Virus record (IMG/VR): IMGVR_UViG_3300021167_000382
Location: 128,001 to 192,000 of that record
Reading direction: 5' to 3' (one strand)
DNA length: 64,000 bases
Source of the DNA: a virus
Taxonomy: Duplodnaviria > Caudoviricetes
The translations under genes were made by a program, and so were the position numbers. The first letter of the stretch is position 1; each line of letters opens with the position of its first letter. A model generated the notes under the pieces. That model was not told the origin of the DNA. It searched no databases and was given only the letters and a program-made list of their open reading frames with translations. Shown here one piece after another: positions 10,228 through 20,324 of the stretch.

Positions 10228-10875
10228 TTACCAAAAATGAGGCCCAAGAACAATTTGATTCTCTTCAAGCACCGTAACTCGATCTTCAAGTGTCGATACA
10301 CGAGCATCGTTAGATGCCATATATGACATGAATGCCATATTAAGAGAACTGATCACGCTGTTAACTGCAGCGATTGCAGTGCTGAGTTCAACCTTAGTCG
10401 CGTAATTACCAAGCTGCTGTGTGATTGAACTAACGTCGTTCTGTAGCATCATCAGTGCATTAGTAATCGGCTGAAGTGCGACATTGATCGCTGTTTGAAC
10501 ATCTTGGATACTAGCCTTACTTTGAATGGCCAGTTGCAACGAATCGACGGCTTGGGTCAGTGTTTCGAGACTAACCACATTTCCAAACTGCTGAACAAAC
10601 AGATTCCATTCTTCACGGCTAACTACGTCTGCCGCATCTACCTTTTGAAGCAGTGCTTGCTGAGTTGCTGTTGAAATGGGTTTGTCAAGATCTGACGTGT
10701 TATTGACATTCTCAAGACCAAGACGAGTTTTCGTAATCAGAGACAGCAGCGTACTGAGTAATACGCGATAATCTCGTCCATTGTAGACGACATACAACTG
10801 CATGCTGTCGTCAGCGGCAGTCGCAAGTGTCCGTGTGAGTAGATTTTTACCTTCACCTGCCACGGGGACCTCCAA
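10228..10875 (-). CDS. Tail fibre-associated coiled-coil protein
   Basis: LGLENVNNTSDLDKPISTATQQAL motif typical of phage fibre proteins; heptad coiled coil. Confidence 0.65.
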   Translation of the reverse strand: MEVPVAGEGKNLLTRTLATAADDSMQLYVVYNGRDYRVLLSTLLSLITKTRLGLENVNNTSDLDKPISTATQQALLQKVDAADVVSREEWNLFVQQFGNVVSLETLTQAVDSLQLAIQSKASIQDVQTAINVALQPITNALMMLQNDVSSITQQLGNYATKVELSTAIAAVNSVISSLNMAFMSYMASNDARVSTLEDRVTVLEENQIVLGPHFW

Positions 10876-10977
10876 GTTAATCTTTAGTGATTTCGTACCA
10901 TCAGATTACACCCGGCATAAACTAGGAGCCCGAAGGCCCCTAGTCTACGTAGTGATTTTTAGAGGAAGATCCTCAGA

Positions 10978-12222
10978 TTACCACTCGCTGCCGGTGTGCT
11001 GAACGGTAGCAACCAGTTGACCGTTGAAGGTCAGCAGGCCACCGGACTCACCCAGCTTGGCCAGGAGAGCTTGGTTCAGGTCCATGAAGTTCATGGATTC
11101 GTATTCAGCAACCTTGGAGAACGAATCGTCAGCCAGGTTGTAGAAGTACATGGCAGCGCCAACATCGACGGTAGCATCACCGGTAGCATCAGCAACCAGA
11201 ACGAACGAAGACTTGGTCAGAACCAGTGCGTCACGAGCAGCGATGTCAGCTGCGAAGACGGCGGAGTTGGTCATGTCCAGAGCGCCGATAGCGGTGGCGA
11301 TCTTGGTGTCGGTCGTGTTCAGGATGGCAACCTTTTCAGCGGCCAGCTTGGTGTCGCTGTAGGACTGAGCAGCAGACTGAGCATTGGCGATGGCGGTGCC
11401 GAGATCGGAACGAACCAGAGCTTCGCGGGTATCCGTGTAGGTCTTGGCAGTGTTCAGGGCAACGGTGTCGGCGGCAGCAAAGTCAGTGCGGATGACGGCT
11501 TCACGTGCGTCCGTGTAGGCCTTGGCTTCGGTAACGCCAACGCCAGTACCCGAGGCCATGTCGGCACGGATCGCGGCTTCACGGGTGTCGGTATAGGCGC
11601 CAGCAGTAGCGACGGAGGCAGCATCACCGGCAACCAGATCGGTGCGGATGGCAACTTCACGTGCATCGGTGTAAGCGGTCGAGGCAGTTTCGTTGGCGGA
11701 CAGACCGGCATCGGTGTAAGCCTTAGCAGCGACCAGGCCGGCAGCATCAGCAGCAGCGAAATCGGTACGGAGGACAGTTTCACGACCATCGGTGTAAGCC
11801 TTGCCAGCATTCAGAGAAGCCGTGTCACCAGCCGCGATCACCAGAGCCTGAGCAGCATCTTGACCATCAGCATAGACCTTGGCAGCAGCCAGAGCAGCGG
11901 CATCGCCAGCGGTCAGATCAGTACGGATAGCGACTTCACGGGCATCGGTGTAAGCCTTACCGGCGTTCAGGGTGGTGGTGTCACCAGCAGCCAGTTCGGA
12001 ACGGATAGCGGCAGCTTCGGCAGCCAGAGCAGCGGAAGCGCTACCGGCAGCGGCGTCGATCAGTGCCTGAACTTGGGCAGTGGTCTTGGTCTTTTTGATA
12101 ACGTCACCGGTCTGGCCAGTAACGACGATCTGCAGGCCGTCGGCGGTTTCGTCGCCGGTCATGTAGATGGTGTTGGCAGCCAGGGTAACCGGCAGAACGA
12201 GTACGCGTGCGATATTCAGCAT
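10978..12222 (-). CDS. Repetitive Ala-rich fibre-like protein (AKAYTD repeats)
   Basis: About nine degenerate repeats of A(K)AYTD(A)RE(V)AIRTD..AGD; GC-richer codons than the flanks; AGGAG RBS. Confidence 0.75.
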   Translation of the reverse strand: MLNIARVLVLPVTLAANTIYMTGDETADGLQIVVTGQTGDVIKKTKTTAQVQALIDAAAGSASAALAAEAAAIRSELAAGDTTTLNAGKAYTDAREVAIRTDLTAGDAAALAAAKVYADGQDAAQALVIAAGDTASLNAGKAYTDGRETVLRTDFAAADAAGLVAAKAYTDAGLSANETASTAYTDAREVAIRTDLVAGDAASVATAGAYTDTREAAIRADMASGTGVGVTEAKAYTDAREAVIRTDFAAADTVALNTAKTYTDTREALVRSDLGTAIANAQSAAQSYSDTKLAAEKVAILNTTDTKIATAIGALDMTNSAVFAADIAARDALVLTKSSFVLVADATGDATVDVGAAMYFYNLADDSFSKVAEYESMNFMDLNQALLAKLGESGGLLTFNGQLVATVQHTGSEW

Positions 12223-12311
12223 GTAAAACTCCTAAAGATGTGGGGTCCAGTGGAATGATATTCCACTGGATATTACAAGAGGAAAAACAGAGAAAGAGCG
12301 ACTACAGCAGG

Positions 12312-12728
12312 TTAGATCTCAACCCATTGAGTCGAGTTACCGTCATTGTACTGGTAATGCATCACAGACGACGAAGGCTTGAACCAATACGGGTTAGTGT
12401 TCGGCAGTTCCGGTGGCGTCTCGGATTCGAGCGGCGAGGCACTCTGAACTTCCATCGACGGCATCCATACAGGACCCTTACCCGGATCAGGCTGAACTTG
12501 AACAAAGAGTTTACCTTGCATCGGTTCAAACCAGAAAGGATTCGAATTTGGCACCGGGGGTTCGGTTTCAGACAGGATAGGCATCTGCGTCATCACAACC
12601 GGTGCTACGTTTTCCGGCAGCGTGTTCGTGAAGAGATCCCAGCGACCAGCGTTGAACTGGAACTTACGACCATTCGGGAGAATGTCGACCTGACCTTGCG
12701 TAGGATTTTGGGTAAATTGATAAGGCAT
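12312..12728 (-). CDS. Small virion fibre-associated protein
   Basis: Duplicated SET(E)PP.PN.NP(F/Y)WF.P module and QYNDG.S.QWVE motif. Confidence 0.65.
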   Translation of the reverse strand: MPYQFTQNPTQGQVDILPNGRKFQFNAGRWDLFTNTLPENVAPVVMTQMPILSETEPPVPNSNPFWFEPMQGKLFVQVQPDPGKGPVWMPSMEVQSASPLESETPPELPNTNPYWFKPSSSVMHYQYNDGNSTQWVEI

Positions 12729-12742
12729 ATTGTTCTCCTATC

Positions 12743-13153
12743 TCACCATTCCATTGCGCCAATTTTGGCGTAGGTTTCGTCGTGGTTATGGTCAGCGCGA
12801 GCCATGTCCGGAGACGTGCCGGTGCCACCAAACTCAGGGACATAGTGGGAAGGAATGGCCTCGACCCACTGCACGCTCTGACCGTCGTTATACTGAACGT
12901 AAAGCGTGAAAGTGGACGTGTTCATCCAGAACGGGGTATCGTTCGGAAGAGCCGGCGGGAGATCCTGGTAAGCGACCGTCGAACCAAGAACTTCGCTCTT
13001 GGTCGGAATGTGAGAGATCAGAGAACCGTCAGCCGAAGTCAGCCAGAGTTCAAGATTCCCATTGTTCCGTACGAAGTACAGGGTATCGCTAGGATACATT
13101 CCCTGCCCATCCGGTACCGGAACACTGGTCACCTTCTTGATTTGCATAACCAT
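12743..13153 (-). CDS. Small virion fibre-associated protein
   Basis: Shares QYNDG.S.QWVE module with its neighbour; ARADHNH motif typical of fibres. Confidence 0.65.
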   Translation of the reverse strand: MVMQIKKVTSVPVPDGQGMYPSDTLYFVRNNGNLELWLTSADGSLISHIPTKSEVLGSTVAYQDLPPALPNDTPFWMNTSTFTLYVQYNDGQSVQWVEAIPSHYVPEFGGTGTSPDMARADHNHDETYAKIGAMEW

Positions 13154-13215
13154 AGTTAATCCTTCATGAAGGGGTTGTTGACGTGATAGCCACTTAATCT
13201 TAAGAATTCATTATC

Positions 13216-13249
13216 GACAGATGGGTAGGGTTTTCCCTACCCATCTGTC
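13216..13249 (-). terminator. Hairpin terminator
   Basis: GACAGATGGGTAGGG-TTTT-CCCTACCCATCTGTC. Confidence 0.7.
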
Positions 13250-13270
13250 AGTCTTTTAACATTTGTTACT

Positions 13271-16219
13271 TTAACCCAAAGTTTGGATCAAACGTTCTTC
13301 AACGATAGCGAGGTCACTGCGAATATCGACAATCGTAGCACCCGGTTCAATCGCAGCAAGGTCCGGTAGGATTGCTGACCGAACTAGATCCGCAGTCGAT
13401 GTTCTGTCTGCGATGGTTAGAGAAGCAGAAAGCTTCGTCCAAAGTGCAAAAGACAGCAGTAGCCCACTGGTGTTCTTCTGAACTGGTTTGAAATTCGGAT
13501 ACTGAACAAGAACCTCGGGTTCTACTTCCACATAGATCGGAAGGTAGATCCCTGTATCCGGCAGCACCGTGACACTGTCTGCAATTTTTCCGTAGAATTT
13601 ATTTGTCTTGAGGACAAGTCCCCCATCTACAAACTTATAGATATCCACGGTTCCTGAAACCAAGGCACCTGCTGCAGCCATATAGCCCAGCTTAACCAAG
13701 TAGTAGTGTAGTGCATCCAGGACCATCTCTGGCGCATACTGACTCATGTCCATGTTCACTGCAAGGAAGACGCCGCCTTGTGCATCGATACCTGCAGAGA
13801 AATGCGTTGAAAGCATGTCACGTGTGACTGTGTCGAGAGACGGCGAAATGGTCTCAGGAATCATCGTGATATTATTGGCACCTGGGAAATTCCCCATGCC
13901 ACTGATCAACTTTGGCTTATAGCCATAGCTATGAACATAAACCACGATGTTATCGTTAGAGTTCACATCCAGATAGCGCTCTGTTTGATTGTACGCCCAG
14001 CCTGTGATCGGATTACCGCCATAGAACGTCCCGTTGATCATGATTAAGCTAGATAGACCAATACCGTCAGCCGAAGCAATCGTCATGCGTTCTTTATAGT
14101 CTAGCGTAATATCAGGACCACTGTTCACCACGACGGTTGTTGGTGGCGGCTGAACGATGATACTTCCACCACTGATATTAACCAGTGTCAGAGTTCCCTG
14201 AATTGACGCCGTGCGAAGATCGTAAGTACCTGCGACGGTCAGTCGAAGGGTTACATCATGAAGCGATGGATTCCAGATACCTGTAGTAGAGCGCACCACA
14301 GTACCATGATAAACATCACCAACCACATCACCAGTCAGTACGCCATTGATGTAGAGATTTCCAGTTAAGGAATTAGCGCCTGTGTAGAGTACACCACTGG
14401 ACAGACCAAGGGCAGAATCATTCACAGTGAGGTCAACATTCGACAGGAATAAGATCTCAGATGTCAGGGAAGCATCGATTGGATTACGAATACCGATGAC
14501 GGTTTGATTGTAGTAAGCTGCCCAGTCTCTGACCTGTTGTACGGTAGAAAGACTGGTGTAAGCTGAGACATTTGAATAACTGTCAATAATGGTAGCATCC
14601 GGCACCATTACTGCAATGGCGTTATCCACACCACCACCCGTAACATTGATCGATAACTTACATGGCTCATAGCCATAAAGCTCAAAATGAGCATTCCAGG
14701 TTCCGGTAGAACCAGCTGGATAGTAAAGTTGCACTGAGGAACCAGCGACTATAGCGTTATACTGTTCGACGTTGTTGTTATCTGTAACTCGCAAACGAGT
14801 ACCAGGTTGGCTTATGGCGATGTTGATTTCTTCACGCGTCCCAGAGTCATCTGTATAAATACCAGTCAAGCTACCTGGATTCTGAATAACCAACGTCCCG
14901 ACAATGACAAGTATTCCGTTAGCGATAGTGAGTTTGCTTTGAGAGATTGCGAATTGAGCAATCTGTGAAGTCCAGTGCTTCCATGCATTATAGACTTCTT
15001 GGATATCACGACCTTCAGTGATCGTTACGGTCACTTTTCCTGTGCCGCTATTGTAAGAGAAGTTAACACCTGTGATCGCTGCGGCCTGGGAGTAAGTCCC
15101 TGTAAAATTAGGATCACGAACGTGACCTACTTCAGAAGGATCACTACTACTTCCAATCTTAACAGTCGGCGTGACGTTCAATACGGATTCGATAATGTCC
15201 GCTCGACGGATCTTTCGAAGCCAGATGATGTTCTTCAATGTGAAGTTACGGATTGTTGCTGGATCAGAAAGTCCTGAGGACCGCGTTGTTCCGCTGTCAA
15301 CGGTATTCTGAACTAACAGCGTTGTTCCGGGATACTCCGTCACACCGTCAGTCAAGTACCCGTTTGAATTCACAGAACGAGTGAAACCGGCTTGAGAAGA
15401 AGTTCCAGAAGAGGCTGTCGGTGTGAAATCAACATTCGCACCGCTTAACGTAACACCGTCAAGAATGAACTTCTCATACCGCGTAAACGATTTGAAACAG
15501 AGTTCAGTGCCAGCAGCTGGTGTCAGATTGATTGCAATCTTCGAAAGATTGATCGTGGAATCGATGAATCGGAAGCGGTTAGCCGCGTTACCACCACCTA
15601 ACCATGCATCATACGTCGTATAACCAGCAACCCCGTCAGCGCCCGTGTAAGTTGTACCTACTAGAGTACCAGATCCAAAGACAACATCGCGAATCGTGAG
15701 ATCACCAGCTTCCCAGTTCAGCAAATTGATGCCGCAGTTTTTATACTGCATATTCTGAAATACTAAAGGTGCACCGGAGACTTCATGGACATAGATACCA
15801 TCCAGAATAGAAGAATCCAGAATCGCTTGATTCCCTGCTTGGGTATAAACAAAAGCCAAACCACCAGCGCCAGTTTTCACCGAACGAACTTCGCTTCGAA
15901 CCAGCGAAGTGAAACGAATATTCTTCCGTGCAGTAGTTAGGTTCCAATGCACCATGCTGTCAGTGAGATTCACTTGTGCGTTGGTATCGCCATTGTTAGT
16001 ACCATAGCTCAGCGCATAATCACGATTATTAATCTTGATCAGAGAATTCAGAAAATTCAACCGAGTACCAACAGCATTGTTAGAAACCAACGCACTATCG
16101 ACGTCTAACGTGATAGCTTCATCCTGGCAAGTAGCGACCATCCCTGCCGCTTTAGTTTGAGCACTGGTGACACGATAGACACCACTGGTCATTGTTGCTG
16201 TGATATTTGTTATGGACAT
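13271..16219 (-). CDS. Large beta-rich virion/receptor-binding protein (putative)
   Basis: 982-aa Gly/Thr/Ser/Asn-rich ORF inside the fibre cluster. Confidence 0.55.
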   Translation of the reverse strand: MSITNITATMTSGVYRVTSAQTKAAGMVATCQDEAITLDVDSALVSNNAVGTRLNFLNSLIKINNRDYALSYGTNNGDTNAQVNLTDSMVHWNLTTARKNIRFTSLVRSEVRSVKTGAGGLAFVYTQAGNQAILDSSILDGIYVHEVSGAPLVFQNMQYKNCGINLLNWEAGDLTIRDVVFGSGTLVGTTYTGADGVAGYTTYDAWLGGGNAANRFRFIDSTINLSKIAINLTPAAGTELCFKSFTRYEKFILDGVTLSGANVDFTPTASSGTSSQAGFTRSVNSNGYLTDGVTEYPGTTLLVQNTVDSGTTRSSGLSDPATIRNFTLKNIIWLRKIRRADIIESVLNVTPTVKIGSSSDPSEVGHVRDPNFTGTYSQAAAITGVNFSYNSGTGKVTVTITEGRDIQEVYNAWKHWTSQIAQFAISQSKLTIANGILVIVGTLVIQNPGSLTGIYTDDSGTREEINIAISQPGTRLRVTDNNNVEQYNAIVAGSSVQLYYPAGSTGTWNAHFELYGYEPCKLSINVTGGGVDNAIAVMVPDATIIDSYSNVSAYTSLSTVQQVRDWAAYYNQTVIGIRNPIDASLTSEILFLSNVDLTVNDSALGLSSGVLYTGANSLTGNLYINGVLTGDVVGDVYHGTVVRSTTGIWNPSLHDVTLRLTVAGTYDLRTASIQGTLTLVNISGGSIIVQPPPTTVVVNSGPDITLDYKERMTIASADGIGLSSLIMINGTFYGGNPITGWAYNQTERYLDVNSNDNIVVYVHSYGYKPKLISGMGNFPGANNITMIPETISPSLDTVTRDMLSTHFSAGIDAQGGVFLAVNMDMSQYAPEMVLDALHYYLVKLGYMAAAGALVSGTVDIYKFVDGGLVLKTNKFYGKIADSVTVLPDTGIYLPIYVEVEPEVLVQYPNFKPVQKNTSGLLLSFALWTKLSASLTIADRTSTADLVRSAILPDLAAIEPGATIVDIRSDLAIVEERLIQTLG

Positions 16220-16223
16220 TTAC

Positions 16224-16694
16224 TTATCCTTGTTTTTCGACCAAGAGACCGCCCATGGTAAGTGCTGCATTACGGACAGTAGCGGGACTGAATCGCCAAG
16301 CACCCTCAAACTTCAATGCCTCCGCCGCCCACTCACTGCAGAAGTATTTAACCGCATGCTCTCTCAACATCCAAGGAAAAGCGAAGCGTCCAACGCCCAT
16401 ATAGTCATAGGGAAGACCTTTGGTCTTATCGAACAATGCTTCAATATCCTCAGCTTTAGCATAAGGAAGTTCAAGCACTTCCCAGTGTTCAGGATCGACC
16501 TGCATCATCTTAACGCGGACACCGTGGTCCACGCCACTGGCAGAATAACAAGCCACTACACCTTCAAGCGGATTTCCGATACAAATTTCACTATGGCTGA
16601 ATTCCGTCTTATCCAACGTACGGATAATGCGATTCACAAGCCCAGTTAATCCGGACCGAACTGACTTGTAGCTAGCAATGTAAACTTTTTCCAT
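16224..16694 (-). CDS. Permuted papain-like (NlpC/P60, YaeF/YiiX-type) amidase
   Basis: FSHSEI (His) upstream of YDY and YFCSEWAAEAL (Cys), the permuted catalytic order. Confidence 0.8.
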   Translation of the reverse strand: MEKVYIASYKSVRSGLTGLVNRIIRTLDKTEFSHSEICIGNPLEGVVACYSASGVDHGVRVKMMQVDPEHWEVLELPYAKAEDIEALFDKTKGLPYDYMGVGRFAFPWMLREHAVKYFCSEWAAEALKFEGAWRFSPATVRNAALTMGGLLVEKQG

Positions 16695-16704
16695 GACCTA
16701 CTCC

Positions 16705-17121
16705 TTAACTATAAACCAAGTTTGTTCGGTCATCCCAAGCTTGCTGCTGGGTCAACGCTGAGTTCGATGGATCAGTATCACGAGAATAAGATACAATACC
16801 CGCACCAGTGATACGTTTGATACGCCAACTTGTTCCTGAAGTTTGACGAATATAGATCGTCGAGCCCCAAGATCCACCATGGTCATACTGAATACCTTCC
16901 CAGACTACCGGAATCGTAGCAACTACTGCAGCAATCTGTGCAGCCACATAGGCTTCAACAACAGACATGATTTCAGCCAGTGATGATGTCTTTCTGACAA
17001 TATCTCCTGTACCTCCTGTCACTACTACGACTAAACCAGTAGCTGTACCATCACTCATCAAGTAAATGGTGTTCGCTTCCACTGGGTCAGGTAGCGATAT
17101 TACTTTTTTGATTTCAATCAT
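16705..17121 (-). CDS. Virion accessory protein, N-terminus paralogous to 10978-12222
   Basis: IKKVISLPDPVEANTIYLMSDGTATGLVVVVTGGTGDIVRKT aligns with IARVLVLPVTLAANTIYMTGDETADGLQIVVTGQTGDVIKKT. Confidence 0.7.
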   Translation of the reverse strand: MIEIKKVISLPDPVEANTIYLMSDGTATGLVVVVTGGTGDIVRKTSSLAEIMSVVEAYVAAQIAAVVATIPVVWEGIQYDHGGSWGSTIYIRQTSGTSWRIKRITGAGIVSYSRDTDPSNSALTQQQAWDDRTNLVYS

Positions 17122-17205
17122 TGTTTCCTCACTAACTTGTGTATAGCGGTATGTGGTTGGGAATTCCGCTACTTCACGCCATGGTTATTTAACTTCCTCG
17201 AATCC

Positions 17206-17218
17206 TATTCACTTTATC
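17206..17218 (-). promoter_or_regulatory. Candidate middle/late (nvRNAP) promoter motif GATAAAGTGAATA
   Basis: Identical 13-mer at 22372-22384; related ATArrGTG upstream of the genes starting at 436, 35768 and 53793. Confidence 0.45.
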
Positions 17219-17240
17219 CCGTGTAAATAGATAGTTTATA

Positions 17241-17801
17241 TCAAGACAGAATAACAGGCGGTGGTCCTGGTGGGGGTGAAGGTGGCGTTGGGGGTGTTGG
17301 TTGTTCTGGTACAGGTGCAGCGGCTAAAGGCGGTGCTAACGCATCGCTCATGAACGCAAGGAAGTCTCCGTCCATGAACTGGATCATGTCATTATCCATG
17401 AACATGACCGTAGAGAATTCAAAATCCTCACCCTTCAACCATCTGAACTTATAGATGCATTGATCTTTGTAAAATCTAGCAACTTCACCGGTGACTACAT
17501 AGACCTCATCACCAAGTCCGAGATTGACAACAACGTTCTGAATGGTCTCCACTCGAACAATGTGATCACGAGTGATATCACCCAGACTGAAATACAACAT
17601 AATGATAACGTTGTCATCACTACGCATGGTTTGAACCTGGTAGCCGTAGGTATAACCATAGGCTTTCATGACCGATTTAATCTGACACAGTCCAGGGTTT
17701 AGCTTTTTACCGTACTTTTTATTGTACGAATCTACTGCAAACTTGATCAGGAAATCCTTTTCAGGTAAGTATTCCTGAGAAACATTAGAGAACCGTGACA
17801 T
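17241..17801 (-). CDS. Putative virion protein with poly-proline C-tail
   Basis: Start MSRFSNVSQE with AGGAAG RBS; C-terminus PTPPTPPSPPPGPPPVILS. Confidence 0.6.
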   Translation of the reverse strand: MSRFSNVSQEYLPEKDFLIKFAVDSYNKKYGKKLNPGLCQIKSVMKAYGYTYGYQVQTMRSDDNVIIMLYFSLGDITRDHIVRVETIQNVVVNLGLGDEVYVVTGEVARFYKDQCIYKFRWLKGEDFEFSTVMFMDNDMIQFMDGDFLAFMSDALAPPLAAAPVPEQPTPPTPPSPPPGPPPVILS

Positions 17802-17829
17802 GGTTTTCTTCCTATTTATAAACCACTGG

Positions 17830-17867
17830 ATCACGGAGAGGGAGGCGTCGGCCTCCCTCTCCGTGAT
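17830..17867 (-). terminator. Hairpin terminator
   Basis: ATCACGGAGAGGGAGGC-GTCG-GCCTCCCTCTCCGTGAT. Confidence 0.75.
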
Positions 17868-17877
17868 GTCGCAGTAG

Positions 17878-18246
17878 TTACTTACTTAGCGAATGAATGT
17901 TTGTTTGCATCTGTCGTGACGTGAAGACCCCTTGTGTATCCTTACAAGGCTTGTAGAAAAGCAAATCGACCAGTTCCTTAGTCAGCAGAAACTCCTTACA
18001 ACTCTCTGGGTCATAGAACCGATAGACAACTTGTCCAGGGTTACGTCGACCAGGTTCAATACCGACCAGAATGTAATCTAGGAAGTAAGGACGGAAGATC
18101 ATCAAATCTTTGTACTTAGATTCCTCTTCAGGCATCTGCATGCCTTCATCCTCCATTCCTGTTATGAGAACGTTGGTGCGAAGAATCTGAGGTTTAAAAA
18201 AAGAAGCAAGGTGTCTATAGAACGCCTTAACGTGATTTAAGATCAT
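17878..18246 (-). CDS. Hypothetical protein
   Basis: ATG at 18246 with GGGAGA RBS, overlapping the end of the upstream gene. Confidence 0.6.
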   Translation of the reverse strand: MILNHVKAFYRHLASFFKPQILRTNVLITGMEDEGMQMPEEESKYKDLMIFRPYFLDYILVGIEPGRRNPGQVVYRFYDPESCKEFLLTKELVDLLFYKPCKDTQGVFTSRQMQTNIHSLSK

Positions 18247-19663
18247 TATCGATTTCTCCCTTAACACCGGCATAGTCAATATCCGGAATGTGTTTGAATG
18301 CTTCGACTGCAATAGAGAGTCGAACTGTAGTACGGTAAGCTTGTGTATTGTACTTACCCACACGAGTGGTCATGCCATGGACAAAAAGAATCGTCCCATT
18401 GACACTGATGGCTTTTCCTTGACTCAGGTAGGTGTATCGACACGGCATACCTGGATAGATCAATTCTTCATCTGCGTTTTCCCACACGAGATCAAGCTGA
18501 CCAAGAGAATTTTGAAGAACCTTACTCTTCTGTATATAAGGGTTACTGCTAGGACCACCTTGAACTACAGGCGCATAGTCTAAGCCATCCTTACGGTTCT
18601 TCACGACGAGTTCATGATTCAGCTGAGCGCGACTGCCTACTGGACCATCTTTCGACATCAGGACTGGTTTCTTCATGAATGAACGGGCATCCGGCATTCT
18701 GAAACCATTCCCACCATTCATCATACCAAGCTCTGCAGAGTCAGTATACTTTCGCTGAGCAGTCACTGCCACTTTAAGGATATCACCGTCAAGGGTGTAT
18801 GAGCGATCCAGCTGAGGAAGTTTCTCCTGAGGCACCGCATAGAACACTACCCGAGGTTCTTTCCCGTCAAATCTTTCCGTGTCGTAAGTCGGATAAACAA
18901 AGAGTGTTCGTTTCCCTCTGTAATTCTGAAAGAAGGTACCGATGCCTCGATTATAGATCCCTAGTTCATTTTGAAGAAAAGTGGGAAGATTAACAACACG
19001 TGTCCCCGTTGGTACGGTGATATGAGGTATAGTGGTAGCGTTGTCTGGATCAACGATATTAATCGCATCGATACACGGCTTTCCATCCACCAGAACTTGA
19101 TTCGCTTCATGACCGATGATTGCATTGAGGAAAGTAGCGAGCGTTTGATTCTTATAAACACCATCTGTGGTCTTGATACGGAAAGGTTCTAAACTTCGAT
19201 GACAGAGTTCAATCTGTACTTCCACTAAGTCGATGGTGTTGAGATCTTGAATGTGATACATCTCGATATCACTCGCACCGACTGGTGGATTGTTCTTCGG
19301 GTTAAAGATTGCCTTGTACCGCGTGATAGCGATCTCTTTATTTGGCTTACGTCTTGAACCAGATTCATTGATCGGTGTACGTTTCAGAGTGAACTCTAAG
19401 TTATCCCGGAATGGGTGTAGTCGGTTGACGTAGTCACCCATGGGCATTTTGAAAGTGATGACACGAGTATCGCCGATGTTTGTTAAGTAATCTCGTTCGG
19501 TTAGAATGGGGTTGATGTCCCAAATTCCCATGTCTTCTTTTTCAGTGTGAAGAATACCTTTATAGTCAAAAAGACTTGTTCCGGTACTCTTACCGATGAT
19601 ATTCTTAACCTCAAGCCAAACCGTAGAGCTATCGTAGGTTGGTTTCTTACTCTTGTTTGCCAT
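18227..19663 (-). CDS. Putative virion structural (baseplate hub-like) protein
   Basis: 478-aa ORF in a tightly coupled late operon; position resembles the phiKZ gp127-130 block. Confidence 0.5.
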   Translation of the reverse strand: MANKSKKPTYDSSTVWLEVKNIIGKSTGTSLFDYKGILHTEKEDMGIWDINPILTERDYLTNIGDTRVITFKMPMGDYVNRLHPFRDNLEFTLKRTPINESGSRRKPNKEIAITRYKAIFNPKNNPPVGASDIEMYHIQDLNTIDLVEVQIELCHRSLEPFRIKTTDGVYKNQTLATFLNAIIGHEANQVLVDGKPCIDAINIVDPDNATTIPHITVPTGTRVVNLPTFLQNELGIYNRGIGTFFQNYRGKRTLFVYPTYDTERFDGKEPRVVFYAVPQEKLPQLDRSYTLDGDILKVAVTAQRKYTDSAELGMMNGGNGFRMPDARSFMKKPVLMSKDGPVGSRAQLNHELVVKNRKDGLDYAPVVQGGPSSNPYIQKSKVLQNSLGQLDLVWENADEELIYPGMPCRYTYLSQGKAISVNGTILFVHGMTTRVGKYNTQAYRTTVRLSIAVEAFKHIPDIDYAGVKGEIDNDLKSR

Positions 19664-20324
19664 GGATACCTCCTAAGGTACCAGCGCGTTCCATCTGCTC
19701 AATAAAGAGCTTGCTAAGATCTTCGCGTTCTCTAACAGGTGCTTGACGATGGTCAGTGACTGTTTTCTTAGCCACCTGCTCACCTGACGCTGTAACGCTA
19801 ACCGTTTCAATTTTCGAATAACCCTTGTTGAGGATATTGAAGAAGTTGATAGTCTGTATACCAGCAAAGGCATGGCTATGAACTGCCGCACGCTCTTGCT
19901 CAGTAAAGATAGACTTCGCTTTGTCATAGACGATACTAGCAAACTTATCCAGGTCCACCAAGTCTTCTAGAAGTTCTTTATTACTTCCATTGATAGTGAA
20001 CCGAATGAACTCACCTGTCTTAACGAGGTGACGTTGAATGATCTCGTAGATCTCGGCACAGTCTTGATAGTTAGCAACTTTAACCGTGACACCCTTCCGC
20101 CACATCTCAAACATAGCGTCAATCGAGAGCTCGCTGTCGATCTCATAGCTTTCAATCGTGGCATCGATGGAAGGCACGCCTGAAACCCGTACGCCATAGC
20201 GTCGAAGATTTTCCGGGCTACGGGATTGGAAGTGACGATACCGGACCGCATAGTAGCGTTCAAAGAGGTCTCGGTGATCGTAGTGGAGTTTTTGATTCAT
20301 CTCAATAGTATCCAGCAACCGCAT
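19647..20324 (-). CDS. Conserved jumbo-phage protein (virion operon)
   Basis: 225-aa ORF overlapping both neighbours. Confidence 0.55.
   Translation of the reverse strand: MRLLDTIEMNQKLHYDHRDLFERYYAVRYRHFQSRSPENLRRYGVRVSGVPSIDATIESYEIDSELSIDAMFEMWRKGVTVKVANYQDCAEIYEIIQRHLVKTGEFIRFTINGSNKELLEDLVDLDKFASIVYDKAKSIFTEQERAAVHSHAFAGIQTINFFNILNKGYSKIETVSVTASGEQVAKKTVTDHRQAPVREREDLSKLFIEQMERAGTLGGIHGKQE

Noticed and set aside
10996-12258. 420-aa plus-strand ORF
   Set aside because: Antisense shadow of the Ala-rich repeat gene caused by its codon bias; no RBS or protein-like features
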